This document shows, one piece after another, positions 45,669 through 55,109 of a stretch of DNA of 58,908 bases. The stretch covers positions 1 to 58,908 of the forward strand of contig CAYPCM010000003.1 in NCBI GenBank assembly GCA_964409225.1. The letters run 5' to 3'. Source of the DNA: an uncultured Candidatus Saccharibacteria bacterium (lineage in GTDB: Bacteria; Patescibacteriota; Minisyncoccia; JACPXH01). How positions within the stretch are numbered: the stretch's first letter is position 1; the number at the start of each line of letters is the position of its first letter. The notes under the pieces are model-generated. The model saw nothing but the letters and a program-made list of their open reading frames with translations, had not been told where the DNA came from and did not search any database. The translations under genes and the position numbers were made by a program.

Positions 45669-48098
45669 CTAGGGCAAACCGAAAGGTGCAAAGCGAAACT
45701 CAATGCGATGGCGACCGGCAGGCACCTCAATGGCTTGCAGAATGTAGTTAGCGCGGTGTATCACCGCCGGCTTGCCATCCAGCGTGGCTGTCCAGCCCGG
45801 CAAAAAGTTCTGCCCGAACACAAACCAACTGGCCTCATCCAAGCTGACTTCAAATACATACTGTTGATTGCGGGTGATAGCTAAGGGCACGGAGCGTTGC
45901 GCACTGCTTGAAGACTGATGGGGGCACAAGACGCAGGTGATCAGTGTTGATGTTTTGCCGCCAAGTACGTGACTAGTAAATTGCTCCCACTCGCCGTCCT
46001 CGTCTGCCGGTGGCACGAACGTTACGTTGTTGGTGAGGTAGTAACGGGGCTCAACGCCGGTATTCTCGTAAAGGTATAGAGGAATTTTATGACGCGTAAC
46101 CTCCCAGCGATGCGCTTCGGTAAGCTGCGGATGCTCGAGCGGGTAAGCGCTGATAATGTACTTCACGTTAAAAACTGACAGCACCGGCAGCCGCGCCATA
46201 ATGAGGTCGAGCTTTCCTTCTAGCGGCAGTTTTTCCTTGGCCAGCCCCGTCCCCCCCGTGGCTCTGTCACTCCCCAAAAAACCTATAATCCGGCTGCTGC
46301 GCCGATCCATGAGGTTGTCGTAGCCGTCGAGCGAATCAATGCCATAGAGTAGTTGGAGGTTCGCGGCGAGCAACTCCTGGTGGAATCGCACATTGTCAGC
46401 GGGCTCAAAACCGTAAGGGGTATCGAGTTTCGAGAATGCCGTAAAACCGGGCAGCACGCTGAAAACCCGATACGGCTCGGCGCTGCGCTCCCGTACTTTG
46501 AGGAACTGGACCACCTCTGGCGGGCTCTTGAGGGTCTTGGCTAACACCATCGGAAAGCGACCAACCGCCAACGCCGTAAGGTTGATGGCGGTGAGTGCAA
46601 TCGCAATCATCGCGAAACGCGCGGCAGAGAGTGAACGGTGAACGTACCAATAGACGAGGACGGCGGCCGCGACCAAAGCGATGAAGCCCACGGTAAATTC
46701 CACACTGACGAAGGTGGTGCTCTGCCAAAGAACTCCGAGCTCACGGCTGATCACGTTGTGGTAATGCTCAAGGGGAAGCTGAGTAGTGCGGGAATAAAGG
46801 TGGGTATCGAAGTATCGCAATACAATCGCCAATAGGCGCTCGCGGAAGATAATACTCACGAGATTCCAAACTCCCATAATACCGACAAACACGCCTACGC
46901 CCACGGTGATTCGTTTACTCAAAGAGAAAAGCTTCCTTCTCCCCGCCTCGCTCAAGGGGTATTCAAAGCCAAAAGCCGCAAGCACCGCGAGTGCGAACGT
47001 GCCCACGTACATCCAGCGGCTCGGGACCCTAAAGAGCGCCAGAGCCGGGAGCTGATGAAACAATAAAAAGAGGGGTGAATATTGAAACGAAGCAATGAGC
47101 GCGAGTCCAAACAACCACCGGAAAAAATGCAGGGTTGGTTGCCGGGGTATGGCAAAGGAAAGAAGGAATAACAAAAAGGGCAAGGCGCCGACCGTAAGCA
47201 CCCCGGCCTGGGCGGTCAGACGCGGCACGTTGAAACCCGGCAGCAAGTAGCCGCCCAGATCAACGACGGTAAGCCCACCGCTAAACGCCTCGGAGATCCC
47301 GACTCCGCCCTGTCGGCTCGAGAGGGGCGAGACGAGGGCGGAAAGCAAAAGCTGGGGCGCTGCGACAACCACACCCACCACAACCATCGCGCCAAACCAA
47401 AGCGTGACGCTTCGCCACCACCAACTCCCGGTACTAGCCGTGCCAACGCGCCGGGATCGAATATCAAGAAATAACGCCCAAGCGAACACGGCCACGAGGT
47501 TCTGGAAGAGCCACTGGGGGTGAGCGCCGTAGAAATTGAAAGCCACCACAGCAGCCCCGACAGATCCCAGGAGCCACCGCGTTCGGCGAGCGGACGGATA
47601 TTCGGCAAGTCGCAGCGCAACCAAAAAGAGTACGGGCAGCGTCCAATAGGCGTTGGTCACAAGCAGGCTCGACCCAAACGACACATAGATCGCTGACCAA
47701 GGCACGATGAGTCCGGCGAAGATTGCCGCCGCACGCCCCAGGCCGAGCCGCCGCACGAACAGATACGTAAACCAACCCGTGAGGATGAAATTGCCGGCGG
47801 TGAAAACGTGGTAAAACGTAAAGGTATCGAAGATCCTCAAGAGCGCCACATTGATCGGCGACAGAAAAATGTTCAGCATGCCGCCCGCGAGCGTAAATCC
47901 GGTCAGCACACCGGGCGTCCACAACCACGATTGGCCACTCAAGAGCGACTGGCGCAGGAAGTGCAATGCCGGGTACAGAATCAGCAGCGCGTCACCGTCG
48001 GCAAAGACGCGGCCGAAAAACAACACCGGCGCAAAAACAATAAAAGCCGGCACGGCCAACAATAGGAACGGCCACGTTCTCTGCCAGCTAAATCTCAT
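45669..48098 (-). CDS. YfhO-family membrane protein (GT-C-like)
   Basis: LWTP....G, GAHPQ, FRVPSRW and PYRV...IDSLDGYD...QNFLPGW.AT.DG....I.RAN...A..VP.G.H.IEF.F motifs. Confidence 0.85.
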   Translation of the reverse strand: MRFSWQRTWPFLLLAVPAFIVFAPVLFFGRVFADGDALLILYPALHFLRQSLLSGQSWLWTPGVLTGFTLAGGMLNIFLSPINVALLRIFDTFTFYHVFTAGNFILTGWFTYLFVRRLGLGRAAAIFAGLIVPWSAIYVSFGSSLLVTNAYWTLPVLFLVALRLAEYPSARRTRWLLGSVGAAVVAFNFYGAHPQWLFQNLVAVFAWALFLDIRSRRVGTASTGSWWWRSVTLWFGAMVVVGVVVAAPQLLLSALVSPLSSRQGGVGISEAFSGGLTVVDLGGYLLPGFNVPRLTAQAGVLTVGALPFLLFLLSFAIPRQPTLHFFRWLFGLALIASFQYSPLFLLFHQLPALALFRVPSRWMYVGTFALAVLAAFGFEYPLSEAGRRKLFSLSKRITVGVGVFVGIMGVWNLVSIIFRERLLAIVLRYFDTHLYSRTTQLPLEHYHNVISRELGVLWQSTTFVSVEFTVGFIALVAAAVLVYWYVHRSLSAARFAMIAIALTAINLTALAVGRFPMVLAKTLKSPPEVVQFLKVRERSAEPYRVFSVLPGFTAFSKLDTPYGFEPADNVRFHQELLAANLQLLYGIDSLDGYDNLMDRRSSRIIGFLGSDRATGGTGLAKEKLPLEGKLDLIMARLPVLSVFNVKYIISAYPLEHPQLTEAHRWEVTRHKIPLYLYENTGVEPRYYLTNNVTFVPPADEDGEWEQFTSHVLGGKTSTLITCVLCPHQSSSSAQRSVPLAITRNQQYVFEVSLDEASWFVFGQNFLPGWTATLDGKPAVIHRANYILQAIEVPAGRHRIEFRFAPFGLP

Positions 48099-48817
48099 CG
48101 CCGTCGAAAACGATAATAGAGCAAGTTGCGCAGAAACTCCCAGATGGCCGACGGCGGCACGAACGAGGCTCGCCGTTCGTTCTTGAAAAAGATGGTTGAG
48201 GCCTCTCCGATTTTCAAATTATGACGAAGCGCTTCGATCATGATTTCGGCATCCGTAAACCAATCATTCGAAACGAGATGCATCTGCTCGAAGGCGGCGC
48301 GCGTCATGACCTTGGGCTTCGAGTTAACGTCACGCAGTTTCGCTTTAGGCCGAAAAAGAAACCAAAAGAGCCAGTTGTAAATGACCGAGATGGTACGCCG
48401 GTACAGGCCGTCGAAGCGCTGCGCCCGGAATGTTTTAACGAGGTCATACGTACCCACCTGCAAAAGTCGATAAACCTTAACGATATCGGAAGACGGCATC
48501 TGGCCATCGCCGTCGATAACACAAATGTGTTCACCCGCAGCTGCTTCGAGCCCGGAACGCATGTCCCAGCCCATCATCCCCTCTTTCGCTTTCGCGACGA
48601 CGACACAACGGGGGTTGACAGCGGCAATCTCGCGCACTATCTGCGGGGTGCGATCGCTCGAACCCGACCAGAAGTTAGCCACTAAGACGAGTTCGTAGTC
48701 AATCTTCGCCTCTTCGAGCTCGCGCACAATTTGCGCCACGAATTCTCGCGCGAGCTCCTCAGCTCGGTAACACAGAACCACGACCGAAAGTTCAGGCCGA
48801 GGGACAACGCTATTCAT
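48095..48817 (-). CDS. GT2 glycosyltransferase (DPM1-like, soluble)
   Basis: LSVVVLCY, IDGDGQ, R..RFDG.YR and WF.DAEI motifs; ATGA overlap start. Confidence 0.85.
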   Translation of the reverse strand: MNSVVPRPELSVVVLCYRAEELAREFVAQIVRELEEAKIDYELVLVANFWSGSSDRTPQIVREIAAVNPRCVVVAKAKEGMMGWDMRSGLEAAAGEHICVIDGDGQMPSSDIVKVYRLLQVGTYDLVKTFRAQRFDGLYRRTISVIYNWLFWFLFRPKAKLRDVNSKPKVMTRAAFEQMHLVSNDWFTDAEIMIEALRHNLKIGEASTIFFKNERRASFVPPSAIWEFLRNLLYYRFRRR

Positions 48818-49554
48818 GCCTTTCGCGCCAAACATACCACCGATGAGCCAACCGGGAGCCGCCCCCCGCGGACAAGAATCTTTGCTTCTACCTTAGACAG
48901 CCACACGAGGAATGCATCGAGCCACCGCGGCAATTCAACGTACGAAAATTGGGGGTGGAAGCGCCGCTCTTGGAATTGCCCCACGATCCGGTACGTAAAT
49001 ACCAGCGGGAAAACGAAGAAGAACAGATAGCTCGACTTAACAATCTCAAAGCCAGCTTTCTCCAGCTTCATCTCAAGTTCACGGCGCTTGTAGCGTCGGC
49101 GGTGGTGCAACGCCTCGTCCAATTCGCTCCAGAGCGTCTTGAAAGCCGGTACGCTGATAAGCGTATATCCCCCTGGCTTCAAAATCCGGCTGATCTCAGC
49201 TAGCGCGCGCAAATCATCGTCAAAATGCTCTAGCACGTCAAACATGGTGACCAGATCCACAGACCCGGTCCCGAGCCCCGTATCGTACACTCCCCGCATG
49301 AGCGCCACGTTCCTAGCGCCAGTGCGCCGACAAAACTCAAGGGCCTTATCCGAAATGTCAAGCCCGAGTACGGTCCCGAACTGCCCGAGCATAGAGAAGT
49401 TGCCACCCGTGCCGCAGCCGATGTCGACCACTCGGGCTTCCGTTGTCGGATGCAAGAAACGCTTAAGCAACCGATCAAACACATACCGCCTACCTACATA
49501 CCACCAGTAGCGGTTCTCGAGCTCGTAGGTTTTGTCGTACGCTTGATCTTGCAT
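48814..49554 (-). CDS. Class I SAM-dependent methyltransferase
   Basis: E...WWY.GRR, DIGCGTG, FDVLEH and HHRRRY motifs. Confidence 0.9.
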   Translation of the reverse strand: MQDQAYDKTYELENRYWWYVGRRYVFDRLLKRFLHPTTEARVVDIGCGTGGNFSMLGQFGTVLGLDISDKALEFCRRTGARNVALMRGVYDTGLGTGSVDLVTMFDVLEHFDDDLRALAEISRILKPGGYTLISVPAFKTLWSELDEALHHRRRYKRRELEMKLEKAGFEIVKSSYLFFFVFPLVFTYRIVGQFQERRFHPQFSYVELPRWLDAFLVWLSKVEAKILVRGGRLPVGSSVVCLARKA

Positions 49555-49561
49555 GCCAAGT

Positions 49562-49633
49562 CGCTACAACTTCGAATGAGAAATTGAGAAAAAATGCAAT
49601 GCCGTACCGCACTTCGTGTTCGAAGTTGTAGCG
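49562..49633. repeat. Intergenic element with perfect 15-bp terminal inverted repeats
   Basis: CGCTACAACTTCGAA ...42 nt... TTCGAAGTTGTAGCG, followed by a GACATGG/CCATGTC hairpin. Confidence 0.7.
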
Positions 49634-49670
49634 CTGGACATGGCTGTAATCAAAAATCTACCATGTCTTG

Positions 49671-50396
49671 TCAGCGCCGAAAAGGCCGGGTCAGAACAAT
49701 GTACCAACTATCCGGCAGAAATGAACTCAACCGGAAAACGAAAGCGGGCCAGAAAGGCGCATAATAGTCATGGCGTCGGCCCGGCATCGCCCGAAACACG
49801 GCGCGCGCGGCTCGATTAACCGAGATGACGAAAAGTTTCTTCGCCCTGGATCGCACCTCACCGAACCGTGGATCAATAAGCGTTGCCACCGGACCGAAGT
49901 AGATCGTCTTGAAACAAAGCCGGGTGGTGCGGTACCGAAGCCGCAGGCCACGCACAGCCATGGCGAGCGCCGCCTTGCTCGCCGCATAGGCAATGTTGTC
50001 TCCATCCGGCCGAAAGGCAGCGATGGAGGCAATGGCGATAAACTGCCCATGCCCGCGCTGGAGGAAACGTTCAACGAACCCCTCAATCCAACCGAGCACT
50101 CCGAGCACGTTCGTCTCGAAAACCTCTCGCGCGTCTGGCCCCATGGTGGCGGCATTGAGCACCACGACGTCGGGCAGGAACGCGCGGGCCTCGAGCATCC
50201 GCAACACCCGGTTTATGGCTTCCCCGCTTCGCACGTCACAGCGGGCGAAGGAGAACCGGGGGCCGAGCTCGCGCCCGAGGTCCGCCAGCTCGGCCTCGCG
50301 GCGCGCCACGCCAAAGACCTCGTGGCCGGCCCGAACAAGCTGCCTGGTGAGCTCCCGACCAATCCCAGAAGAGACACCGGTGATGAACACTCTCAT
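49671..50396 (-). CDS. Short-chain dehydrogenase/reductase (classical SDR)
   Basis: TGVSSGIG, NAA and YAASK motifs. Start at MRVFI (50396), ATGA overlap. Confidence 0.88.
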   Translation of the reverse strand: MRVFITGVSSGIGRELTRQLVRAGHEVFGVARREAELADLGRELGPRFSFARCDVRSGEAINRVLRMLEARAFLPDVVVLNAATMGPDAREVFETNVLGVLGWIEGFVERFLQRGHGQFIAIASIAAFRPDGDNIAYAASKAALAMAVRGLRLRYRTTRLCFKTIYFGPVATLIDPRFGEVRSRAKKLFVISVNRAARAVFRAMPGRRHDYYAPFWPAFVFRLSSFLPDSWYIVLTRPFRR

Positions 50397-51055
50397 GACT
50401 TGCGGGCTACGACGTAATACCCGGAAACCAAAATGGGGTGCTTCGACTGTTTGGCGTGCGTAACGTCGCCGTACTCGACACGGACGAGCCAAGAAAATCC
50501 CTGTACCAATCTCGCTCCCGCCAGAATGAAAAACTTCGTCAAACGTCCACCATAAAACTTGGCCTGCAACGCAAGCCGTTGCGTAAGCACCGCCAGTGTC
50601 CCCAACGACCCGACCTCTTCAACCAGTTCCACAATCTCCCAGTCACGACAGAGATACTCCAGTCCGTAACGCGTAAATCGCCAATAGTCATGCGGCTCGT
50701 CATGGAGCGGGAATACGAATCTGGTCGTGAGCACGAGCATGCCGCCGGGCCGTAACACGCGACGCATCTCGGCGATGGCCTTGGGCGGATCTACGAGATG
50801 CTCTAACACTTCGGTGCACAGAATCCGCTCAAAGGTGCCGTCGGTAAACGGCAGGGCGTGCGCATCCCCGACTACGTCCACGCCCGGCCCGGCGACGTGA
50901 TCAAACCCGACGCGATTCGGGAAGAATTTCGCATAGGGCGCTCCACCACAGCCGATATCGAGCGTCTTTGCGTCAGTCGCGTAGCGCTCAATAAACCTCG
51001 CGAGCCGCTCGCGGGTCATTTTGTTCGTGAGGCCGATTCGTTGCCAGAAGGACAT
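50393..51055 (-). CDS. Class I SAM-dependent methyltransferase (type 11)
   Basis: DIGCG, GDAHALPF, EVLEH and PHDYWRFT motifs. Confidence 0.9.
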   Translation of the reverse strand: MSFWQRIGLTNKMTRERLARFIERYATDAKTLDIGCGGAPYAKFFPNRVGFDHVAGPGVDVVGDAHALPFTDGTFERILCTEVLEHLVDPPKAIAEMRRVLRPGGMLVLTTRFVFPLHDEPHDYWRFTRYGLEYLCRDWEIVELVEEVGSLGTLAVLTQRLALQAKFYGGRLTKFFILAGARLVQGFSWLVRVEYGDVTHAKQSKHPILVSGYYVVARKS

Positions 51056-51096
51056 AATTGCCAACCACAACCGGACGACTTCTTGGTTTCACAGAC

Positions 51097-52260
51097 TTAA
51101 AACTGACTAGATTTCACTCTGGCCAGTATAAGTTCAGCCCGTCGGGACCAGGTGCATTGCTTGACAAGGTTGCGAGCGTTATTCGAAATCTTAGAAGAAA
51201 ACTGCTGATCGCGCAAGGCGCGGTCGATGCCTTCGGCGAGCGAGCTGGCGCTGTCTGGCCGCACGAAGATCGCGGTTTCCTCGGTGAGCACCTCACGGCT
51301 CGACGGCACGTCGGAGGCGACGATCGGCCGGCCCGCGGCCATGTACTCGAAGAGCTTGAGTGGCGAAGTAAAACGCGCGCCAATAGGCTCGCGGACGCTC
51401 GTGGGTAGCACAAGTACATCAGCCGCAGCCAGGTATAACGGCACGTCGGTAGGTGGCTGATAACCCACAAGTTGCACGTGTTCGATTGCGCGTCCCCGGG
51501 TAAAGCGGCGCACGCGCTCGAGCTGGTCGGGTGAGCCGCCGACGATGACGACCTCGGTACGATCCGGCAGGTCGGGTGTCGCTTCAATAAGAGTATCCAC
51601 CCCTTTCCAGGAAAACAGGTTGCCGGTGTATACGACAAGGTTCGCGTCGGCCGGTAGGTGCAGCGTCTCGCGCGCCGCGTCGCGGCTCGGGAGCCGTGCG
51701 AAGACGGCAAGATCCACCGCGTCTCGCGCCACGATTATCTTCTCTGGCCGCACGCCGCAGATTTCGAGGGCGCCCTGCACACCGTGTGAGATGGCTACAA
51801 TCAGCGCTGCACGTTCTCCCAGGGCCCGGTAGAGCCGTCTGCGGCGCTCGGAGACCGTGTGAACCTCCACAATCGTCTGCCGCCCTAACCGCGGCCGGAT
51901 TTTCAGGGTAAGATACGCCGCGGCCAAATCACGGAAATAATACCAATCGGCTCGCCGCCAGCCGATCGCGAGCGCCACCGCCAAAGCATACGACCATATC
52001 TGCCAGACGAAGGCGAAGTGTCCGAAGATCCGTAGGGGTGTGAGATCAATAGAAAAAACTTTTCGGATGGGAAACGTGCGTCTAACCCCGTAGTATGAAA
52101 ACGGGTCTGCACTGGCGCGGAACGGCCGGTTGCTCCGCCAGGGCAACAGCATCTCGAGCTCGGCGCCAGCGCCGACGAAGGCCTCGGCCATTTTCATAAT
52201 TTGGATACCGTGGGCTTTTTCGGTGGGGATCCGAGCGTTCGCGATATAGAGGAGTTTCAT
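51097..52260 (-). CDS. Glycosyltransferase family 4
   Basis: RIPTEKAHGIQIMKM, YTG.L..WKG and TSPLKLFEYMA motifs. Confidence 0.92.
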   Translation of the reverse strand: MKLLYIANARIPTEKAHGIQIMKMAEAFVGAGAELEMLLPWRSNRPFRASADPFSYYGVRRTFPIRKVFSIDLTPLRIFGHFAFVWQIWSYALAVALAIGWRRADWYYFRDLAAAYLTLKIRPRLGRQTIVEVHTVSERRRRLYRALGERAALIVAISHGVQGALEICGVRPEKIIVARDAVDLAVFARLPSRDAARETLHLPADANLVVYTGNLFSWKGVDTLIEATPDLPDRTEVVIVGGSPDQLERVRRFTRGRAIEHVQLVGYQPPTDVPLYLAAADVLVLPTSVREPIGARFTSPLKLFEYMAAGRPIVASDVPSSREVLTEETAIFVRPDSASSLAEGIDRALRDQQFSSKISNNARNLVKQCTWSRRAELILARVKSSQF

Positions 52261-52277
52261 GGGCATTCCCTGCGTGT

Positions 52278-55109
52278 TCAGTCAATTTCCCGCAGCTCCA
52301 CGATGGGTCCGAGACGATCAAAGGAGAATATCGCCCAAACTGGCTGAAGATCGTTCCCTAAGAAATCACGCGAGGCGCCATCCTGCCGACCGACAAATGC
52401 TTTGAGCAGCCGTGAACGGTCTCGCAGGGTTTTCGTCGCTGGGGTGATTTCGATCAACGACTGATACTGCACGAGTGCGAACTTCCGACCCGGCTGCTGG
52501 AGAAACTGCGCGAGGGCCGAGGAAGCGGCGGCATCGCTCAAGAAGTGAAGATTGGTAAGTTCGTAGCGCGGCTGGCGGGACTGCGGCCAGGACGTTTCCG
52601 GCACAGCCAAAAGCGCTCGATCAAAAGAGCGCAGCGACGTGGGATCAAGAGCTGCCTGGGCCTCGAGACTCGCGCGGGAGGGAGTAAGGCGCACTCCGCG
52701 CAGCAAACTTACGATGTTCGCTCCGGCCGGTACATACGCCTCAATATACTGTTTGGCGAGGAGTCGCGTGTCAGTTCGCAAGAGCAAAAAATCGAATCGC
52801 ACGAGGATCGCCGCCGCGAACGCTACGGGAATCACAAACGCTGGCCAGGTCACTACCGGCCATCGCTCGAGCAGGTAATCAATGAATGCCGCTGCGGCCA
52901 AGATCAAAACCGGCAACAGAAATAATGCGTAGCGAACCTCCTGATGCATAAAGAGATAAAAAGCCAGCAGGTACGCCACCGTAAATACTGCCAAGAATAC
53001 CACTATCCTCCGATCACGCCAGAAAAGATACCCGAGACCGGCAAGGCCGGCCACCAAAATGAGGGGTTCGTATGCCCAAAGCACCTGGGCGTAGTAGCCG
53101 AAGACAGCGAAGAACCCACCAACCGATTTTACCGCGGCAGCGGCACCGGCCTCACGCACGAGGATGCGAGAAAACGATTGGTGCAGCACAATCGAAAACG
53201 CACTGAGAGCGATTGCTGCCGTGACCGCCAGCCACAAGTTGGCCGACCGCAGCCGCGCCGACCATGCCTCGCGTCCCGAAGTGACGTGCGCCGTCAACAC
53301 AAAAAGAAGTCCCAAGACCGACACGTAGTCAATCCCGAACCCAAGGCCGGCCAACAGCCCGGCCGCAAGGTACTGGTGACGCAGGGCGCGCGGTGCAAGA
53401 CCTTGACGCAGGCCACTGCGGATTTTAACGCTCATCCACAGTCCCAAAAGCAGTACCAATAGCGATGGCGGCCAGTGCCGAGCGAAATGCGAAAGGCTTG
53501 CGGCAAAGAAACTCGTGGCGAGGAGGGCAGCCGCGATCAGTCCTGCCCGACGATTGAAAAGATCGCGGCCGATGAAGTACAGAACGCCCACCGAAACCGT
53601 GCCCAGCACGACCGACATAAACCGCGCCGCCAGCCACACCACGGTCGGATCAAGTGCAATCTCTTGCCGAAACTCCGCCAAGCTTTGAGCACCAGAAAAT
53701 AAATACTGCAGCCCGAGCACAGGCAGAAATAGGACGAGTTCGGCGTAGTATATAAGCGGCGGCAGGTAGAAGGGCGCAAAGGCCGGGCCGGCCAAAGCGG
53801 GCACAAGTTGTTTGAGCTCTAACATCTTGAGCGCTCCGCCCACGAACGTTTCTTCATCGCCCACGAGCCGGTACGGGAGGCCGTACGAGATTCCGACGAC
53901 GCGCAGAAGGAATGCAGCTACAACGATGACAAGGAGAAGCGCGCTCGTCGGATTTTTGATTTTTGATTTGTATTTTTGCTCTTTGATTTTTGATTTTTGA
54001 TTTTTCAAAGCCGCTGCTTGCTCCACGAACCCTACGAGCCGCTCGCCAATCCGTACCGTGGTAAATTCTCGCAGAAACAGCTTGTGTCCCGCCCGTGCGA
54101 TCCGATCGCGCAGTACCGGATCGTCGCGCAGCCGCCGAATGGCTGCCGCGAGCGCAGCTGGATCTTCCGACGGCACCAACAGCGCGTCAACTCCGTCGGT
54201 AAACACCTCGCGGCTGGCTGGAGAGTCCTGGGTAATGAGGGGCTTGGCGCAGGCAATCGCTTCGTAGGCCTTGTTGGGAACCACGCGCGCGCCTTTGGCA
54301 GTGGCGCCAAAAATGCCGAGACACACGTCTGCTTTAACCATTCGTTCGGGCAACTCCTCATACGGCACCGACTCTTCAAAACGAACATTTTGAAGATCCC
54401 AGCTAGCCGCGAGACGGCGCATCTCGCCGTACTGCTGGCCGCGACCTATGATGCTGAAACGCACCGATTCACGGGCGAGTTCCCGCGCCGCGCCCAGAAT
54501 AACACGCACTCCTTGCAAAGGAATAAAATGGCCGTGAAAGTGAACAGTGAAATCGCGCTGCGGCGCGATTTCACTGTTCGTCGCCTGCCCGGGCGCTGAA
54601 AACGCCGTAGGCCCTGATAGCGGCTGCATAATCGTCTCCACGCTTCCGACGGGCAATACACCTATTCGATCTGACCTCAAGCGGAACGCGCGGGTGTAGT
54701 ATTCGCGCTGCGCTTCGGTATCCACCAACACAAAATTCGCCAGATGCATCGAGAAAAAATCCAGCAAAAATCGCCACCACGCGCCGAACCCATGGGGCCG
54801 CACCACCGCGCGATCGTAAACATCAGAATCATATAGGGATGTAAACGCGTCAAAAACAATCGGCTTGCGGCTAATCAAGCGGGCAAGCAACATCGCGGTC
54901 TGGCCGGGAAAACAAACCACCATGACATCGTATTCGTCGCGCACAACGCGGTGTTTCTTGACGAGGTGCCAGTACTTGCGCCAGCCGGGCGTTCGGTCTT
55001 GAACCATCATCACGCGCCAGCCGACGCACTCAAGCCCAAGCCGAATCATGCGACTCCTCGAGTAACCGGGGCTGAAGATACCGAACATGCAGGCGGTTCG
55101 CTCACGCAT
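52278..55109 (-). CDS. Fusion ORF: GT4 domain + repeat-encoded linker + ArnT/PMT-like GT-C membrane domain
   Basis: First ~365 aa are GT-B (HGHFIPLQG, VPNKAYEAIA). Linker KNQKSKIKEQKYKSKIKN. Then a TM, GLPYRLVGDEE loop, ARFMSV.LG and about 10 more TMs. Confidence 0.75.
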   Translation of the reverse strand: MRERTACMFGIFSPGYSRSRMIRLGLECVGWRVMMVQDRTPGWRKYWHLVKKHRVVRDEYDVMVVCFPGQTAMLLARLISRKPIVFDAFTSLYDSDVYDRAVVRPHGFGAWWRFLLDFFSMHLANFVLVDTEAQREYYTRAFRLRSDRIGVLPVGSVETIMQPLSGPTAFSAPGQATNSEIAPQRDFTVHFHGHFIPLQGVRVILGAARELARESVRFSIIGRGQQYGEMRRLAASWDLQNVRFEESVPYEELPERMVKADVCLGIFGATAKGARVVPNKAYEAIACAKPLITQDSPASREVFTDGVDALLVPSEDPAALAAAIRRLRDDPVLRDRIARAGHKLFLREFTTVRIGERLVGFVEQAAALKNQKSKIKEQKYKSKIKNPTSALLLVIVVAAFLLRVVGISYGLPYRLVGDEETFVGGALKMLELKQLVPALAGPAFAPFYLPPLIYYAELVLFLPVLGLQYLFSGAQSLAEFRQEIALDPTVVWLAARFMSVVLGTVSVGVLYFIGRDLFNRRAGLIAAALLATSFFAASLSHFARHWPPSLLVLLLGLWMSVKIRSGLRQGLAPRALRHQYLAAGLLAGLGFGIDYVSVLGLLFVLTAHVTSGREAWSARLRSANLWLAVTAAIALSAFSIVLHQSFSRILVREAGAAAAVKSVGGFFAVFGYYAQVLWAYEPLILVAGLAGLGYLFWRDRRIVVFLAVFTVAYLLAFYLFMHQEVRYALFLLPVLILAAAAFIDYLLERWPVVTWPAFVIPVAFAAAILVRFDFLLLRTDTRLLAKQYIEAYVPAGANIVSLLRGVRLTPSRASLEAQAALDPTSLRSFDRALLAVPETSWPQSRQPRYELTNLHFLSDAAASSALAQFLQQPGRKFALVQYQSLIEITPATKTLRDRSRLLKAFVGRQDGASRDFLGNDLQPVWAIFSFDRLGPIVELREID
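53952..54006. repeat. Tandem heptamer array (ATTTTTG)n, about 8 imperfect units, inside a coding frame
   Basis: atttttg atttttg atttgt atttttg ctctttg atttttg atttttg atttttc. Confidence 0.85.
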
